From assembly GCA_052327205.1 (NCBI GenBank), contig CM126224.1, positions 40,052,001 through 40,116,000 on the forward strand: a stretch of DNA of 64,000 bases, given 5' to 3'. The notes beneath the pieces were generated by a model. The model ran no database searches. It was not told the DNA's origin and saw only the letters and a list, made by a program, of their open reading frames with translations. Shown here piece after piece: positions 38,749 to 51,591 of this stretch. Source of the stretch: Somniosus microcephalus (Eukaryota). How positions within the stretch are numbered: the first letter of the stretch is position 1; each line of letters starts with the position of its first letter. The translations under genes and the position numbers were made by a program.

Positions 38749-40324
38749 GTAAGTAACGAGAATCACAAATACTTCATGTGTGGAAAGTTAGAAAATTAGC
38801 TTTTAAGTAGGAAAACTGTAACGGAGAAACATTGCTGCCTGTTTGGAGTAAGGAACACTTCCTCGCTAATTTTACCGCACAAAAATTTTTACAAGGGTTT
38901 TATTTCTGTTTTATGAGGGTTTCTCCTCAGCAGACTGACTCACATCTCTGTCTGAGACTTCCTAATATGCAATGCAAACAGTTTTCAGTACAGATGGACG
39001 CCAGTTAATGGTGATGTGGTTAATGGGGATTTTCCTATATTGGGAACTTCCAGCCCCCTTCAGGCTTCCCTTGATTCCCAATGTTTTTAATCAACGACGA
39101 TGAGGGCAGATCCAGTCAATGGGATGATTTTATTTCCAGTGGAAGAAAGTGACATCTCAGACAACACTACAAGGTAAATTTTATGATTTAGCACTCCCAG
39201 TGCAGAGCTCCACCTGGGAACACGGATCAGGAACTCGAGTACCCAAATTTCTCCGTTTATTTCATTTTCACAGAGCTCTGCCTTGAAAATGCTGAACCGT
39301 AAGATTTACAAAAAACAAGAAAGATCTGCAATATATTTAAACATTGCAGCTGTGTGCCTGGATGTCATGCTATGTCACAGATGCAGAACAGACTTTTAAA
39401 AATAAAAGAAAGCCAGTTACTTAATGCTCAGTGCTTTTGTTCTGGAACCCGAAATTCCCAATAATTTTCTCAGTCTGTAAACGTTCCCTCACCAAATTGC
39501 AATTAAACTTTGGTTGACCTGAAGCTGCATCTGCTAAATAGTGTGGCCTTGAAGGGACCTGGAATAACACATGGTGCGTTATACAGTGTAGCACTCCTGG
39601 GTTTCCAAAACAGTGCGTCTATTTTCACCTTTGGTTCAACCAACCAGTGGAGAGCACTGAAGAGAAGAGGCCTCTGCCATTTTGAGCGCCCCGGCCTCAT
39701 TTCAATCTGCCAGGCGAGCTGCAGACGCCAAGTAGGCACTTCACTGGATTGAGGCCTCAAGATCAGCCAGAACTGCCGCCAGTAAGACAAGTTACAGGGA
39801 GGGGAGGCGCAATCACGGAGGGTGGGAGTCCTGGGGTGCCAGAAGCCCAGATTATTTTTTGTGGGCCCTGGAGGAGTACATCTCCACAAAAAATAATTCA
39901 ACACTTACCTTTAGCGGGACTCTTCGGTTCCGTCGCCCGTGGAACTAGTGCGCAGGCTCTGACCTAAAATGGCAATCGGGGTCCTACTTAAGGACATCAA
40001 TTTTCATATTAAATGGGAATTTTCGCCTGAAACAGGCGATGCTTTGGACATCCGGTAGTAGGACACTTTCAAACTGGAGCCGGGCGGTAAATCTGCCAAT
40101 CCCATTTTGAGGCCACTACCGCCTGTTAACGTGTGAGGTGAAGGCAGTCAAAATCGATCTTAGCGCGTCATCTGACTCCCTACGAGGAATGCCTTGGGAG
40201 ATCCACTTGTAACATTAGATGACATCACAGTATTATACTATATAGCGTACAACCTTAACAATGGAAAAAAAAATGGGTGTTCAGTAAAAAGAATACTTGT
40301 CCATAGATTGAATTGATGTAAAAA

Positions 40325-41170
40325 CAAGAACTTACATTCATAGAGAGCTTTGAGCATAGAAAAATGTCCCAAGGTGCCTCAGAGAAGCGCAATCAGATAA
40401 ATATTAACATCAAGGCAAAAAGGGAGATGTTGGGGGGAGGTGACTAATAGCTGATCAAAGAGATAAGTTTTAAGCAGGGTCTTAAAGGAGGAGAGAGAAA
40501 TGGGGGGAGAGAGAGAGAGAGAGAGAAGTGGAGAGAGAGAGAGAGAGAGGTGGAGAGAGGGCATGCCAGAGCTTAAGCAATAGATGGCTGAAGTCACAGG
40601 TGCCAATGGTAGGGTGAAGGGAGTTGAGGGTGCAGAAGAGGCCTGAGTTGGAGGAACCAGAGTTTGTGGAGAGTTGTAGGGTTGGAGGAGGTTACAGAGG
40701 TAGGGAGGCAGTAGGTCATGAGGGATTTGAGCATAAGGATGAGAGATTTCAAATTGGAGGCATTGGCAGAGCAGGAACCAATGTCAATGATCACAGGGGT
40801 GATAGATGAGTGGGTCTTGGTACGGGTTAGGATATAGGCAGCAGAGTTGTGGATGAGCTGATGTTCATGGGGGGGGGGGGGGTGGAGGCCAGCTGGGAGA
40901 GCATTCAAATAGCCGACTCTGGAGGTGACAAAAACATGGATGAAGGTTTCAAAAGCAGATAGGCTGAGGCGGGGCAGAGACGAGCAGTTATGAACGTGGA
41001 AGTAGGCGTACTTGGTTACGGAGAGAATACAAGGTCAGAAGCTCAGCTCAGGGTCAAATAGGATGGCGAGGTTGCAAACGGTTAGCTTTAAGCAGAGACA
41101 GTGGGATCAGTGGCGAGGGAACCGAGTTTGTCGCGGGGCCCAACGTCGATGGCTTCGGTCTTCCCAACGT
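40325..41170 (-). mobile_element. L2-clade LINE 3' fragment with internal (GA)n microsatellite (~40491-40560)
   Basis: Minus-strand QLIHNSAAYILTRTKTHSSITPV and SLSSFKTLLKTYLFDQ; L2-type tail. Confidence 0.8.
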
Positions 41171-41623
41171 GGCTCTTTTTTTGTTTGCACTTATATTTCT
41201 TACTTGCTGATTTCTCCTGCTTTGAACGTTGTGGAAATGGAAGGCGTGGACCGTGTTTTTATTGGCAGCACTATTGCCTTTTGGTGGATCAATCCTAAAT
41301 CAGGACACCGTGGTCTATCAGTATCAGCAACGTAAGATATATGCAAATGAGTGGGAACAAGCATTTAAATGATAAATCTGCCCGCTGTATACACCTCTGT
41401 GACCCATGAAGACCAAAGCATGGACATCCCTACACTAAGTGCGGTAAAATGGTAAAACTCTAACCTGTACCGTGATGAAAGCAGCTCGAGTGCCAAACTA
41501 CACGGTTACTATTGGTTTACTGTTGAGCATGTGCTGCTGGGCCAGGTCCCCATTTTAAGTTAATACAGGATTTGCGTCACTGAGTGTACATCATTAAGGA
41601 TGTGCCCATGCAATGTTTTCTAG

Positions 41624-41771
41624 GAACCCATCAATAACTTGATTCGCTGCAGGAAAGACGGAACGTGGAATGGCTCGCTACAGCTCTGCAGCTCAATGAA
41701 GGGGGACTGCCCACGGCCTCATCTCCTCAACACTCACATTAGACTGACCTGCAAAGATGGTTACGGCATAG
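41624..41771 (+). CDS. Pappalysin internal exon: CCP4 end and CCP5 start
   Basis: ttttctAG|EPINNLIRCRKDGTWNGSLQLCSSMKGDCPRPHLLNTHIRLTCKDGYGI(G)|GTaaca; 148 nt, phase 0 to 1; cf. human PAPP-A NVIHCRKDGTWNGSFHVC. Confidence 0.94.
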
Positions 41772-41819
41772 GTAACACACTGAAGGAATAGTGTTAAGAT
41801 TTTCAAACTCAGGCGGTTG

Positions 41820-41990
41820 CATTGAATTACATGGAATGTACAGCACAGAAACAGACCATTCGGCCCAACAGGTCCATGCTGATGTTTATGTTCCACACGA
41901 GCCTCCTCCTACCCCTCGTCATCTAACCCTATCAGCGTAACCGTGTATTCTTTTCTCCCTCGTCGGTTTATCTGGCTTCCGCTTCAATGC
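41820..41990 (-). mobile_element. LINE 3'-tail fragment (same family as 36129-36240)
   Basis: CAGCACAGAAACAGACCATTCGGCCCAAC..CACGAGCCTCCTCC is the reverse complement of the tail at 36150-36235. Confidence 0.75.
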
Positions 41991-43488
41991 ATCGCATTTC
42001 TTTCACTGCGATATAATTTTTCGAGCTTCGCCCACTGAAGTCTCAAAATGATAAGCTCGCTTGATGGCTAAGAGGGTTATCACATTGCTTGGTGTGACAT
42101 TCCTGATTGCTGTCCGGTTATTCCTTTCGAGAAATCTACGTGGATGCTGGGTGACGACGGGATCAGATTGGGCAGCGTGAGCTGACAAGCAGCCTGCCCA
42201 AGCTCACTGGCCTAGACATTCCATGGGGACGCAATTCCAGCAGTTACGCTGGGTTCACGTCAACCGTGAGACTCTGCCACTGACCCCGCCGATGTTTGTA
42301 GGGTTCGGGGGTGGGGGTGGGGGGGAGGGTCTGCATGAGTGGGTCTTCAGCAGCTTGGGGTGCATCTATGGCAACTCCCGCTAAAGACCCCAGAAACCCC
42401 AACGGTTGCTGACTGTGGGGGGTGGGTTTGGGGAAGCGGGGGGGGGGGGGGGTTGTTGAAGAGCGCTTAAATGCTCCACCCCCTAAATAGTAATCTGGGT
42501 GCCCCCACGCCACCTTTAAAAAAGGGGCTGCTTCAACCTGATCTTAGTGGTCCAAATCCTAGAACAGGCATGGACCCTCAGCTACACCTCACTTCTGGCA
42601 GGTCCAGGCAGGTACACCTGCTGAGACCAGGCGTCCCTGTGCCAATCATACCCCAGGTCCCGACTGAGGACCTAGGAGCCAGAATTTCTGATTTACAGAG
42701 TCTCTGCTTCCTGACCCCCGCACCGCCCCTCACATCAACGGCCTTGTAGGGGTGGGCAGAGGCTCCATTCCCCACAAGGTCATCTCAGAAAGTGCAGCGT
42801 GACACCAGGACATGACCTACCCAAGTTTGCAACTCTTTCAAAGGACCTCCAGTGGACTTATCCTGGGAGGCCACCAGAACTGTGGCCCATTTTTGGGGCC
42901 AGAGTTTAGTCTCAATTATGAAGAATAGTCACAATAGAGGATGCTTAATCCCCAGAACCACAGTCCAGCAAGAATCAACACCAATAGGTGGAGGGTGGGT
43001 GGGGGGGGAAGCAACAGTATTCTAAATTGTATTAATATTGAAATTTGTTGAACTCTGAAATTTAGTGATAATTAATTATGCTGATTAAGCTTTACTAAGA
43101 TCAGAACTCCTGGTTTTCCATCATTAAATAACACTGGCATCGCCATGCACTGCACCATAGACAGTGGTATGATGTTTGTGTTTGCAATTCCTCACCCCCG
43201 CCTCATTAGGTCATCAGGCAGGGACAAGTTGCAGGAGGCCAAGTACTTTCCATTGGGAAAAGAGGGGAAACAAAAGAACAGATCGAGACACAAATCACCT
43301 TGGGTTGTTCTTCCCCCATAGTGGTATGGACAGAGCAGAGGTCATTTACCTACCTGGTCAGCCAGAGAACGATGCAGACGGAGTAGACTGAAGGGAAAGA
43401 AAGGGTTGATACCTGACATGAATTTAATTGTACCCTAATATTAAAGAGGACACTGACCCATTATTTTTATAACTGGCATGCCTTTGAC

Positions 43489-43861
43489 GAGGAACAGCAC
43501 CTCATCTTTCGATTAGGCACTTTAAAGCCTTCTGGACTCAACATTGTGTTCAACAATTTCAAACTATAACCCCTGCCCCCATTTTTCATGCTGTATGATT
43601 TTGCCATTCCTATTTGCAACATTTAATCTTTCCTGCCTCTTACCTAAGCACAGTATGTTCCTTCAATTCCTTCCTCCCCTCCGTGTCTCTGCACCTGCTT
43701 AATGTCTGTTACATCTCCAGCTTTTTCCAGTTCTGAAGAAGGGTCCCAGACCCGAAACATTAACTCTGTTTCTCTCTCCACGGATGCTGCCTGGCCTGCT
43801 GAGTGTTTCCAGCGTTTTCTGTTGTTATTTCAGATTTCCAGCATCCGCGGTATTTTGCTAT
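43489..43861 (+). mobile_element. 5'-truncated Penelope-like retroelement: GIY-YIG C-terminus plus terminal repeat
   Basis: 43489-43569 encodes EEQHLIFRLGTLKPSGLNIVFNNFKL* (E..I..L.T..P.GLN end of PLE GIY-YIG endonucleases); 10-bp TSD TGCCTTTGAC (43479-43488, 43862-43871). Confidence 0.85.
43729..43765 (+). ncRNA. Minimal type I hammerhead ribozyme motif (Penelope-associated)
   Basis: AGTT (stem I) CTGAAGA A GGGTC-CCA-GACCC (stem II) GAAA CATT AACT (stem I complement); stem III palindrome ACGT of sister copies here reads ACAT. Confidence 0.75.
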
Positions 43862-46465
43862 TGCCTTTGACATTGTTCACGCAGCGCTTCCCAGGTAACA
43901 TTTTATGTATCATAATACTTTGCCCTGCCTCAATCTGGGAACATAAATCTTAAAACAGTTGCTGAAATTCTACTCCTGATTATATTGCCATGCACTTTAT
44001 TGTTCCATTTCAAAAGTAATCTCCAGAAGTTTCGCATAATTACAGAGTACAGCGTGCACTGAAAAAAACCTGACCCTTGGCAATCGCAAACAAACATTTT
44101 CTCTCCAGATTTCCTGTTTTGTGCCACGCATTAATGTTGCAGCATTCCTTTCCAAATAAACCTTTGACCCAATTTAAGAAAATTGAAAACCTGTCAACCA
44201 GTAATTTTCTGATGAAACGTTGCTTTAAAAAAAAAATCAGTCTGAGTACAGTCAAGTCAGGGCTGAGTTTGAAGGTTTTAAGTATAACAGGAATGGCCAG
44301 AAATACCACTGGGTTTAGTGTCAAATTGCATAAAAGTTATTATTTTTTTTTTAAAATCCATCAAATTAAAACAAGACTTGAGGAATTCCAGCCGTCATAA
44401 GCAGGGCTTAATGTCAGTGCCTGACTCTGCTATTATAATACTGCTCGAGTGAGAAGAGGTACGAAGGTGGTAGTGAATCTGGTTTATTGGCATTTGCCAT
44501 TCTACCTACCTCCACAACATACCTCCAATTACAAGCAGGCAAGAACTCGAGTACAAAGTCACCACGCTGACCTTTGGCCAGTTCATAACATGCCGTTCCA
44601 CATCCTGACCTTGGAATAACCTTTATGTTATACAGTAGATCAAAGCGTTATTTAAAAAAAAAGTTTAGCTTCGATATTTAAAATCTAATTTCCTAGCTTT
44701 TGGATGCGACTAAAGGTCTATTCTACTGCTGCGAATGCAGAGAATGGAACGCTAGAAAGCAAACACAGCTTTCAGACTGGTGAATCTGTCCGTTTATTGC
44801 CTGCTCTTCAGCTCTGTAGGTACTCTGGGTGTGATCTAAAAAAACATTTCCCGCGACAGACCTCTGGTTTGTTTAAGCAAAAGGCACCGTGCAACCTGTA
44901 AATTCCGAAATAAATGGCACCCTGCCCGGTGTTAAACACTCGGCCTCGACGGAGCTGCCTTGATCATCCGACGCTCAAGTCATTGAAACACGCACTCGCT
45001 AAAGGTTTAAAATTAATTAGTATAAAATACTGTGGTGAGTTCGAGGGCAACCCTGTCTCTGCTGTTTATTCAGGCATGACTGATGTCTGATTAGTTAAGG
45101 AGAGAGGAGGAGACAGAGACAGACAGATTAGTATGTGAGTTAGGGATTGTGGAGCTATCCATAGTGCTTAAATATCTTTGCCCTATCAATTATGGAACTG
45201 CTAGGCTCCATGGAATGTAGTTTGTGCTGTCAGAACGTGAAGGAATTCCATTGCAACAGTCTGCCTTGCAGAAATTTATTATCCATGTTGCCATAGGAAG
45301 AAAAATAATAAATGAATCCAAATGTATGCATTAAAAAAATTATTTTAATATGCATAATGCGCCAAAATATTGTACGTAAACATTGATCAGGGGAGTGTCA
45401 CCATCAGTTTTAAAAGCCAAAGAATTAAAATTCCTTTTTCTATCATTTTCTTTTCTCCCTTTTGTTTTTTATTATTAGTATTAAATGAATGACATCATTG
45501 CAGGACAAGATAGCTTAGGGTGACTGAGCCCGACGGTGTGGAAGAGAGGAGTTAAAGAGATACAACGACAAGCAAAGTTTACTGCTGCACTCTCTTCCAA
45601 TGTTAGCACAGCCGCTTTGTGCTGGAACCAGCGCTGTCGCAAACTGACCATGTTTCAGACTTGGGTGCAAACCCTACAAGATTGGAACGCTGAGCATGCT
45701 GCAGCCATCTGATCTGATCATCTGAGCATCTACTGGGAGCTCTTAAAAGAGAAAGAGCCCATAATTCTTTCAAAACAAGAAGTTAAAAAGAATTAGGACG
45801 AATATTCTTCTCTTCACTTTTGCTGAATAGATTTGTTCGCTGAGTGCCGAATGCATCATCTGAGGCACTGGTTTGAATCAGTTACCGAGCCGGACTGTGT
45901 GAAGGTGCTGAATTGACAGGCACAGTTGAAACAGTGTGTTGCTGAGGTTAATAACCGTTTCTCTGTTGATGCTGGTTCAGTTCTCTTACATAATTGAATT
46001 CAGTAATTCCTGTAAGATAGTTATGCCCGATAAAGTGTATGGTTTTAAGTAGGGGGACAAGTTAATAGGGAACACCCTAGGGAATATGCTCCGACTGAGT
46101 CTGTTGTTAGCCTAGCCATAAAGCTATAACCTACCATTATTGGCAGTTTCACATAAAGATACATACACTTCTTTTCAACATGACTACCTTGGTATACTTT
46201 GACTAGGAATATACCATCTGAAAATGAAGATATTTTAGAGTGCCCTCTGTTATCCTTCCTGCTTCTTAAAGTCCTTCAGCGTGCTCGCTCAAATAAGCTT
46301 TTGGGCTGAAATTGCAACGTATGATGCTCACGGACACAATGTACCCGTATGTAAGAGAAACTCTTGCTAGAATTTTTCAGATACATGAAACTGCTAAAAA
46401 CACACAGGTTAGCACCTTTGTTAAAATAGCAGTCAGATTTTAACCCATTTGTATGCTATTACAGC

Positions 46466-46841
46466 AAGAAAATAAGAAATAGGAGCAGCAGTAGGCCCTT
46501 CAAGCCTGCTCCGCCATTCAATAAGATCATGGCTGATCTTCTACCTCAACTCCACCTTCCCGCACTATCCCCACATCCCTTGGTTCCCTTAGTATCCAAA
46601 AAATCTATTGATATCGGTCTTGAAGATACTCAATGACTGAGAATCCACAGCCCTCGGGTAGAGAATTCCAAAGGTTCACAACCCTTTGAGTGAAGACATT
46701 TTTCCTCATCTCAGTCCTAAATGGCCGACCCCTTATTCTGAGACTGTGATCTCTAGTTCTAGACTCCCCAGCCAGGGGAAACATCCTCCCAGCATCTACC
46801 CTGTCAAGCCCCTTAAGAATTTTATACGTTTCAATGAGATT
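46466..46841 (-). mobile_element. CR1 LINE 3' fragment
   Basis: NLIETYKILKGLDRVDAGRMFPLAGESRTRDHSLRIRGRPFRTEMRKN plus CR1 3' UTR. Confidence 0.9.
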
Positions 46842-47004
46842 ATACAATCTTGCACCATTTGATTTTAACCATACTTCAAAAAAATGCTGCTCCCATCTCC
46901 CAGCATTATATTTGAAAGGCATCCAAGGAGTTACAAAAAAAATACAGAAATCAGGATAGCACAGAGACAAGTAGATTCACACTAAAAATTTTGTTCCCTT
47001 TCAG

Positions 47005-47114
47005 GTGCAGAATGTACCCCTTCCTGTTTGTCACCTCAAAGTGATCCTGTCATTTTACCTCGCAACATGACCTCAGATGATGTGGAGTACTGGATGAGCC
47101 CTCCAAAGGCAGAG
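47005..47114 (+). CDS. Pappalysin internal exon: CCP5
   Basis: ccctttcAG|(G)AECTPSCLSPQSDPVILPRNMTSDDVEYWMSPPKAE|GTtggt; 110 nt, phase 1 to 0. Confidence 0.9.
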
Positions 47115-50100
47115 GTTGGTTTAAAATAATGTTAATAAAACTGCTTTTTGAGAAATGGCTTTGCCTAACTTTCAGGCAGCACAATTCCTGGTCAGCAAGC
47201 CCAACATATTGGACAATGTTCACACTGCAGTAGATGATGCTTTTACTGCAGTACAAACTTTATCAATGCAGTTTTTATACTCTCTCATAGTAAGAAGAAG
47301 AAATTTGTGGGTGATCAGAAGTGCAATGAAGTGACATTGCTGACTTCTCTGTGTGCAACAAATGGTAGAAAGTGTCTTACGAAGAGATGTCACCATGACA
47401 ATGCCATCTTTTAAAACATGGACAACCTCTGGGAGAAGGGGTAAAATCAGAAGAACATTTGCCCCCAAGAGGCTGGTACAATGCCAGACTTGATGCCTTA
47501 CATTGTGTAATATTTCTCATATCATTTGAGACCAATGAGCTATAACCAAGACTAAAGGAAAAGCACAGCTATGAACACACCAGCTTCTACACGTTTAGAT
47601 ATATATCTAAATATATATATAGGATATATGGATCCAGATATGAATCATCTGTTAACATTGCCTATGCTGTGTTGGAGGACATTTCTGTCAGAGGTTTCTG
47701 AAGCAACTGGATAGTGGGGAAGTGTTTTTTGGTTTAGATCTGCCAAGAACCTAACAGAAAAGCTGATTTCTTGTGGTACGGAAACATTTAAAGTGAAATG
47801 CATGGTAAACACAGAACTTTTCATACATTATAGATTCGAGATAAGCAAAGCACTGGTAATATTGTTTGATCTATAATGAAAGCCCTGCAATGCAGTGGCT
47901 GAAGATGGTTCATTCACTATTGGGACATTTGTCAACAAATTGCGAGAGCAAGGTTGATAAACTAGATATCTGCAGCAGTCGAATGGCATGGTGTCATCAA
48001 ACCACAGACACCATTCATTGATCCAATAGTCGGATTCAGGTTGTGACAGATGTCAATCTTAAAGTTTCTGACTTTGTGCATTCACTTGGGCAAGTGATTT
48101 ATTGCAGAAAGTTATTTGCTATCACTCAGAAAACAACATTTTTGCTTCCTCGAGCATTTTATGTAGGATTGTGGTGCTCAGACAGCACCTTGCATCATGC
48201 GCTGTGAAATGGTAGTTTACGAGTTGGTACACTGCACCAAATCACCAGTAATCACGAGATGTGAGGGCTTCCAAAAATGTTCTTTCGTTAGACAATTGAC
48301 AATAAACGTCGACAAAGCATCAACTCCTATGTAAGCGGGCTGGAATACAAACCTTGTTTTTCCTCTTCCCCATTATGCTGCCTTGATTCAGAGCAAGCCA
48401 TCACTAACCCCAGAATGAACTGACTCTGTGTAAGCGGGTCCATTGTGAACATGTGATAGAACAAGAATATCCACCAGCTCAATAACCACACTCCCATCAA
48501 GGAACGAGAAAGTAATTGTGTGCTGCTGCAGCCTTTTGTCTACAAATTATAAAACACAGGGAACAAAACGTACCACTTCTACCCATAAATAAGTTTAAAA
48601 GATTTTACTGTCTGCCTATGTCACAACCTCAATTTTAATGATACATCAGGTTGGATGTGAAGGGGATTGAAGCAACTCAGGTGAAAAGTAGCTAATTGTA
48701 ATTGGATCTGACGACAGGACCATTCCTGTCAGGGTAGACTACCTGCATTTGTGTCACCAAATTATGTACAGATTACTGGCTTTCTGTATTTTCCTACTGC
48801 CGAGGACTGCAGTTAATCCCTCTTTTTGAACTGTGTATATATATATATATATAATATATGAAGGCCAGTAGCTTTAAAGAATGCAAGCATCCAGCATTTG
48901 TTTCATTGGCCAGGGCTGTAATTCTACAATACAGATGTTACTGAAAATCCTCTGCTTCCGTCATTATACTGTAATGCCCCTGACTCAAGCATGCGCTGCA
49001 GGCTAGAAGATAATAAACTTGATTGACAATGAGCTCTCCTTCTGGTCCAGGGCTCCCCCTAAGGACTGTTTTGGGTCCCATATCTTTTATTGACCTTAAG
49101 TGCCTCAGCTATTTACATCAATGGTAGAAAATCTGTACCTTCTTAAAAAGATATCTCTAATTAGACTATCTCTTTGATGTAAATAGGAAGTCATTGGAAA
49201 AAAAGTTGCATTTTAGTATATTCTAAAAAATTTTTCAAAAAGAGTCCTTGCAATCATTAATAATTACAATGTTGGACGATTTCCAAGTTTGTTATTTCAA
49301 TACTCAGTGCCTTTAAAAATTCGATTAGATAAGAGCCACAGCGGGCTTCAGATGGTAACACTGAACTCTCTGAAGGCAGCAGCGAGGTAATTTGATCGGT
49401 TGTTGAGATCGCATCAAAGAGGAGGTTTCTGCGGTCAAACTCCTCATTAGTGGAGCCGGAGTCGCCACCAGCTAAAAGTCATTCAAACCTTTTTCGTTCT
49501 TTTTTCTTTTAAATGGAGGTTTGAGTTAACAAAATTTCAAATCGCGTAACATCGTCGGCCAAACTTGCGTTCAGGGTTTCCGTGCAGAAAGTGACATCAA
49601 GTCAATTTATAGAGTAAGTCACATGCTACACAAACAGAGACAGCTGAAGTCAACTGAGCGGTGGACAATGGAAGGATTGAAAGCCTAGGGATCGAAAAAC
49701 AAGTCAAATGTAGATAGCACAAAAAAGCCTTTTAATAAATATCAGGTGACTGGCAGCAGCCTTTAAAAAACAAAATCTCACTTCCAAAATAGGGGGCATT
49801 TAGTTAGCGACTGGTGACAATGGGATTTCCAGAGATGGAAATTACTCTTCATATTTCAGTCAGAATTATTCTAAAAATGCAAAGGACGTAAAGGACTGAT
49901 TGAATTATATATAATTCATCGCTGCTGTAATATGCTGAACTTTTCAGCACCAAGGAACCCTGGTTGTCATTCAGCTCTTAGGAAGAGGTGTATTCTAAAG
50001 TAAACTCTTGCATTAAGGCTGCAACATGTTGTTCAGAGTTTGATCAATCAATGGTTCAGTCGCAGCTTTGATAACGTACATCTTGTGGACGCTAGCTGCA

Positions 50101-50127
50101 GTAATTTTCTGCTAATGGAGGCAATTA

Positions 50128-50463
50128 CAGGAAACTCCTTTTTATCCGGCACCGACGGGACCGGCGTGGTGCCGGTTTATCAAAAAGTCCGGATTACAGA
50201 AAGGTATAGTTTAAAAGGTACGAGAGCTCCGTACACAGCAACAAATCCAGGCTTCCCTGTTGCTTAGCAACAGGTGCAGGAACTCTGGCCACAGACCAAG
50301 CATCCCTGTTGCTTAGCAACAAGTGCAGGACCCCCGGTTACACAGCCACAGATCCAGGAACAGCCTCAATTATGTAGTAAAACTTACCTGAACCTACTCC
50401 TGAATTTTGCCGGTTAACAGAGATTTCCGGTTATTTAGGTGCTGGTAAATCGAGAGTTTCCTG
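50128..50463 (+). mobile_element. TA-flanked pogo/Tigger-like MITE
   Basis: TIR CAGGAAACTC / GAGTTTCCTG; TA TSD; GTTGCTTAGCAAC at 50259-50271 and 50308-50320. Confidence 0.83.
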
Positions 50464-51519
50464 TACTACCATCTTATGCGATTCACAGCATTAGCAAATG
50501 AATGATCTCAGAGGATGTGAAGTAGTAGAATATTAAAAGAGGCAACATCTTGTGCGAAAGCATGTTTGCCAAACTTCTGCTAGTGAAGGGAATAGAGTTA
50601 AAACAGCCAAGCTTTATTGCTGTGATAATATCACACACCAGTGAAGTGATGGTATGTTGAGACAGCAGGTTAGTACCTAAAACTGAAAAAGGGATGTGCA
50701 GAATTCATGAAGGCAGTGCCCACTTAAGACCACCTGGATATAAATCAAAATGTGAAATTTTCCAAACCATTTTACATCAGCAAATTCAAAAGAAAGAGTC
50801 AATTAAGGATGTTAAATAAGCAGATAAAATTCTAGATCAGCAGTATATATTTTAATATAAGGTAAATTATTAATTACAGATTTTCTCCACTAACTCCAAA
50901 TTGATAAAAAACCATTTATAAAAAATAACATGCATTATATATCACAAAACAGGGATTAATAAATCTAATTTTAGGAGCTCAGCTCATCAGTACAGCATTG
51001 TTTTTGGAGTATAGAATGTCATTTGAACCCATTGATTACTGCCTTGTAATCATTCTTTGCCGTGCTCGCTTATAAACATTAACTTCACTCCTGGCTATCC
51101 AATGTATTAATGTAAAACCATCTGAAGCCTCTGGTTAGATTGCTGCCTTGTAATCGCTCCCAAATAACCACTATTCTCCATTTAATATTTTGCGCTATTG
51201 CGATATTAAATGATAGCACCTCACATATCAAACTATTAAATTATGACTGGCCGAGACTGCTAACAGGGAGAAATATTTCATGGGGAAGATGCAAGTGAAA
51301 GGCCTTTAAGAAATCATCACTTAAACGTTGCTTGGTTGGTGAGTCACCTACGACATTGAGAAATCCATGTGACCTTGTTTACCTTGGCAGACTGGTACAG
51401 TAAATCATCATGTACGCAGCAGCCAGTAGATACTCGGATAATCAAGGCAGACGCCACACTGATAGCAAATTCCTTTTGAGTGCAATTATGACAACTCTTG
51501 TTTTATTTTCTCTTCACAG

Positions 51520-51591
51520 AATATGGTTTGTACAGCAGGACTTAAATGGTACCCACACCCTGAAATGATTCACTGCATTAATTCATGTGAG
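51520..51591 (+). CDS. Pappalysin internal exon: CCP5 end, just before LNR3
   Basis: tcttcacAG|NMVCTAGLKWYPHPEMIHCINSCE|GTaaga; 72 nt, phase 0 to 0; cf. human PAPP-A RVVCTAGLKWYPHPALIHCVKGCE. Confidence 0.95.
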
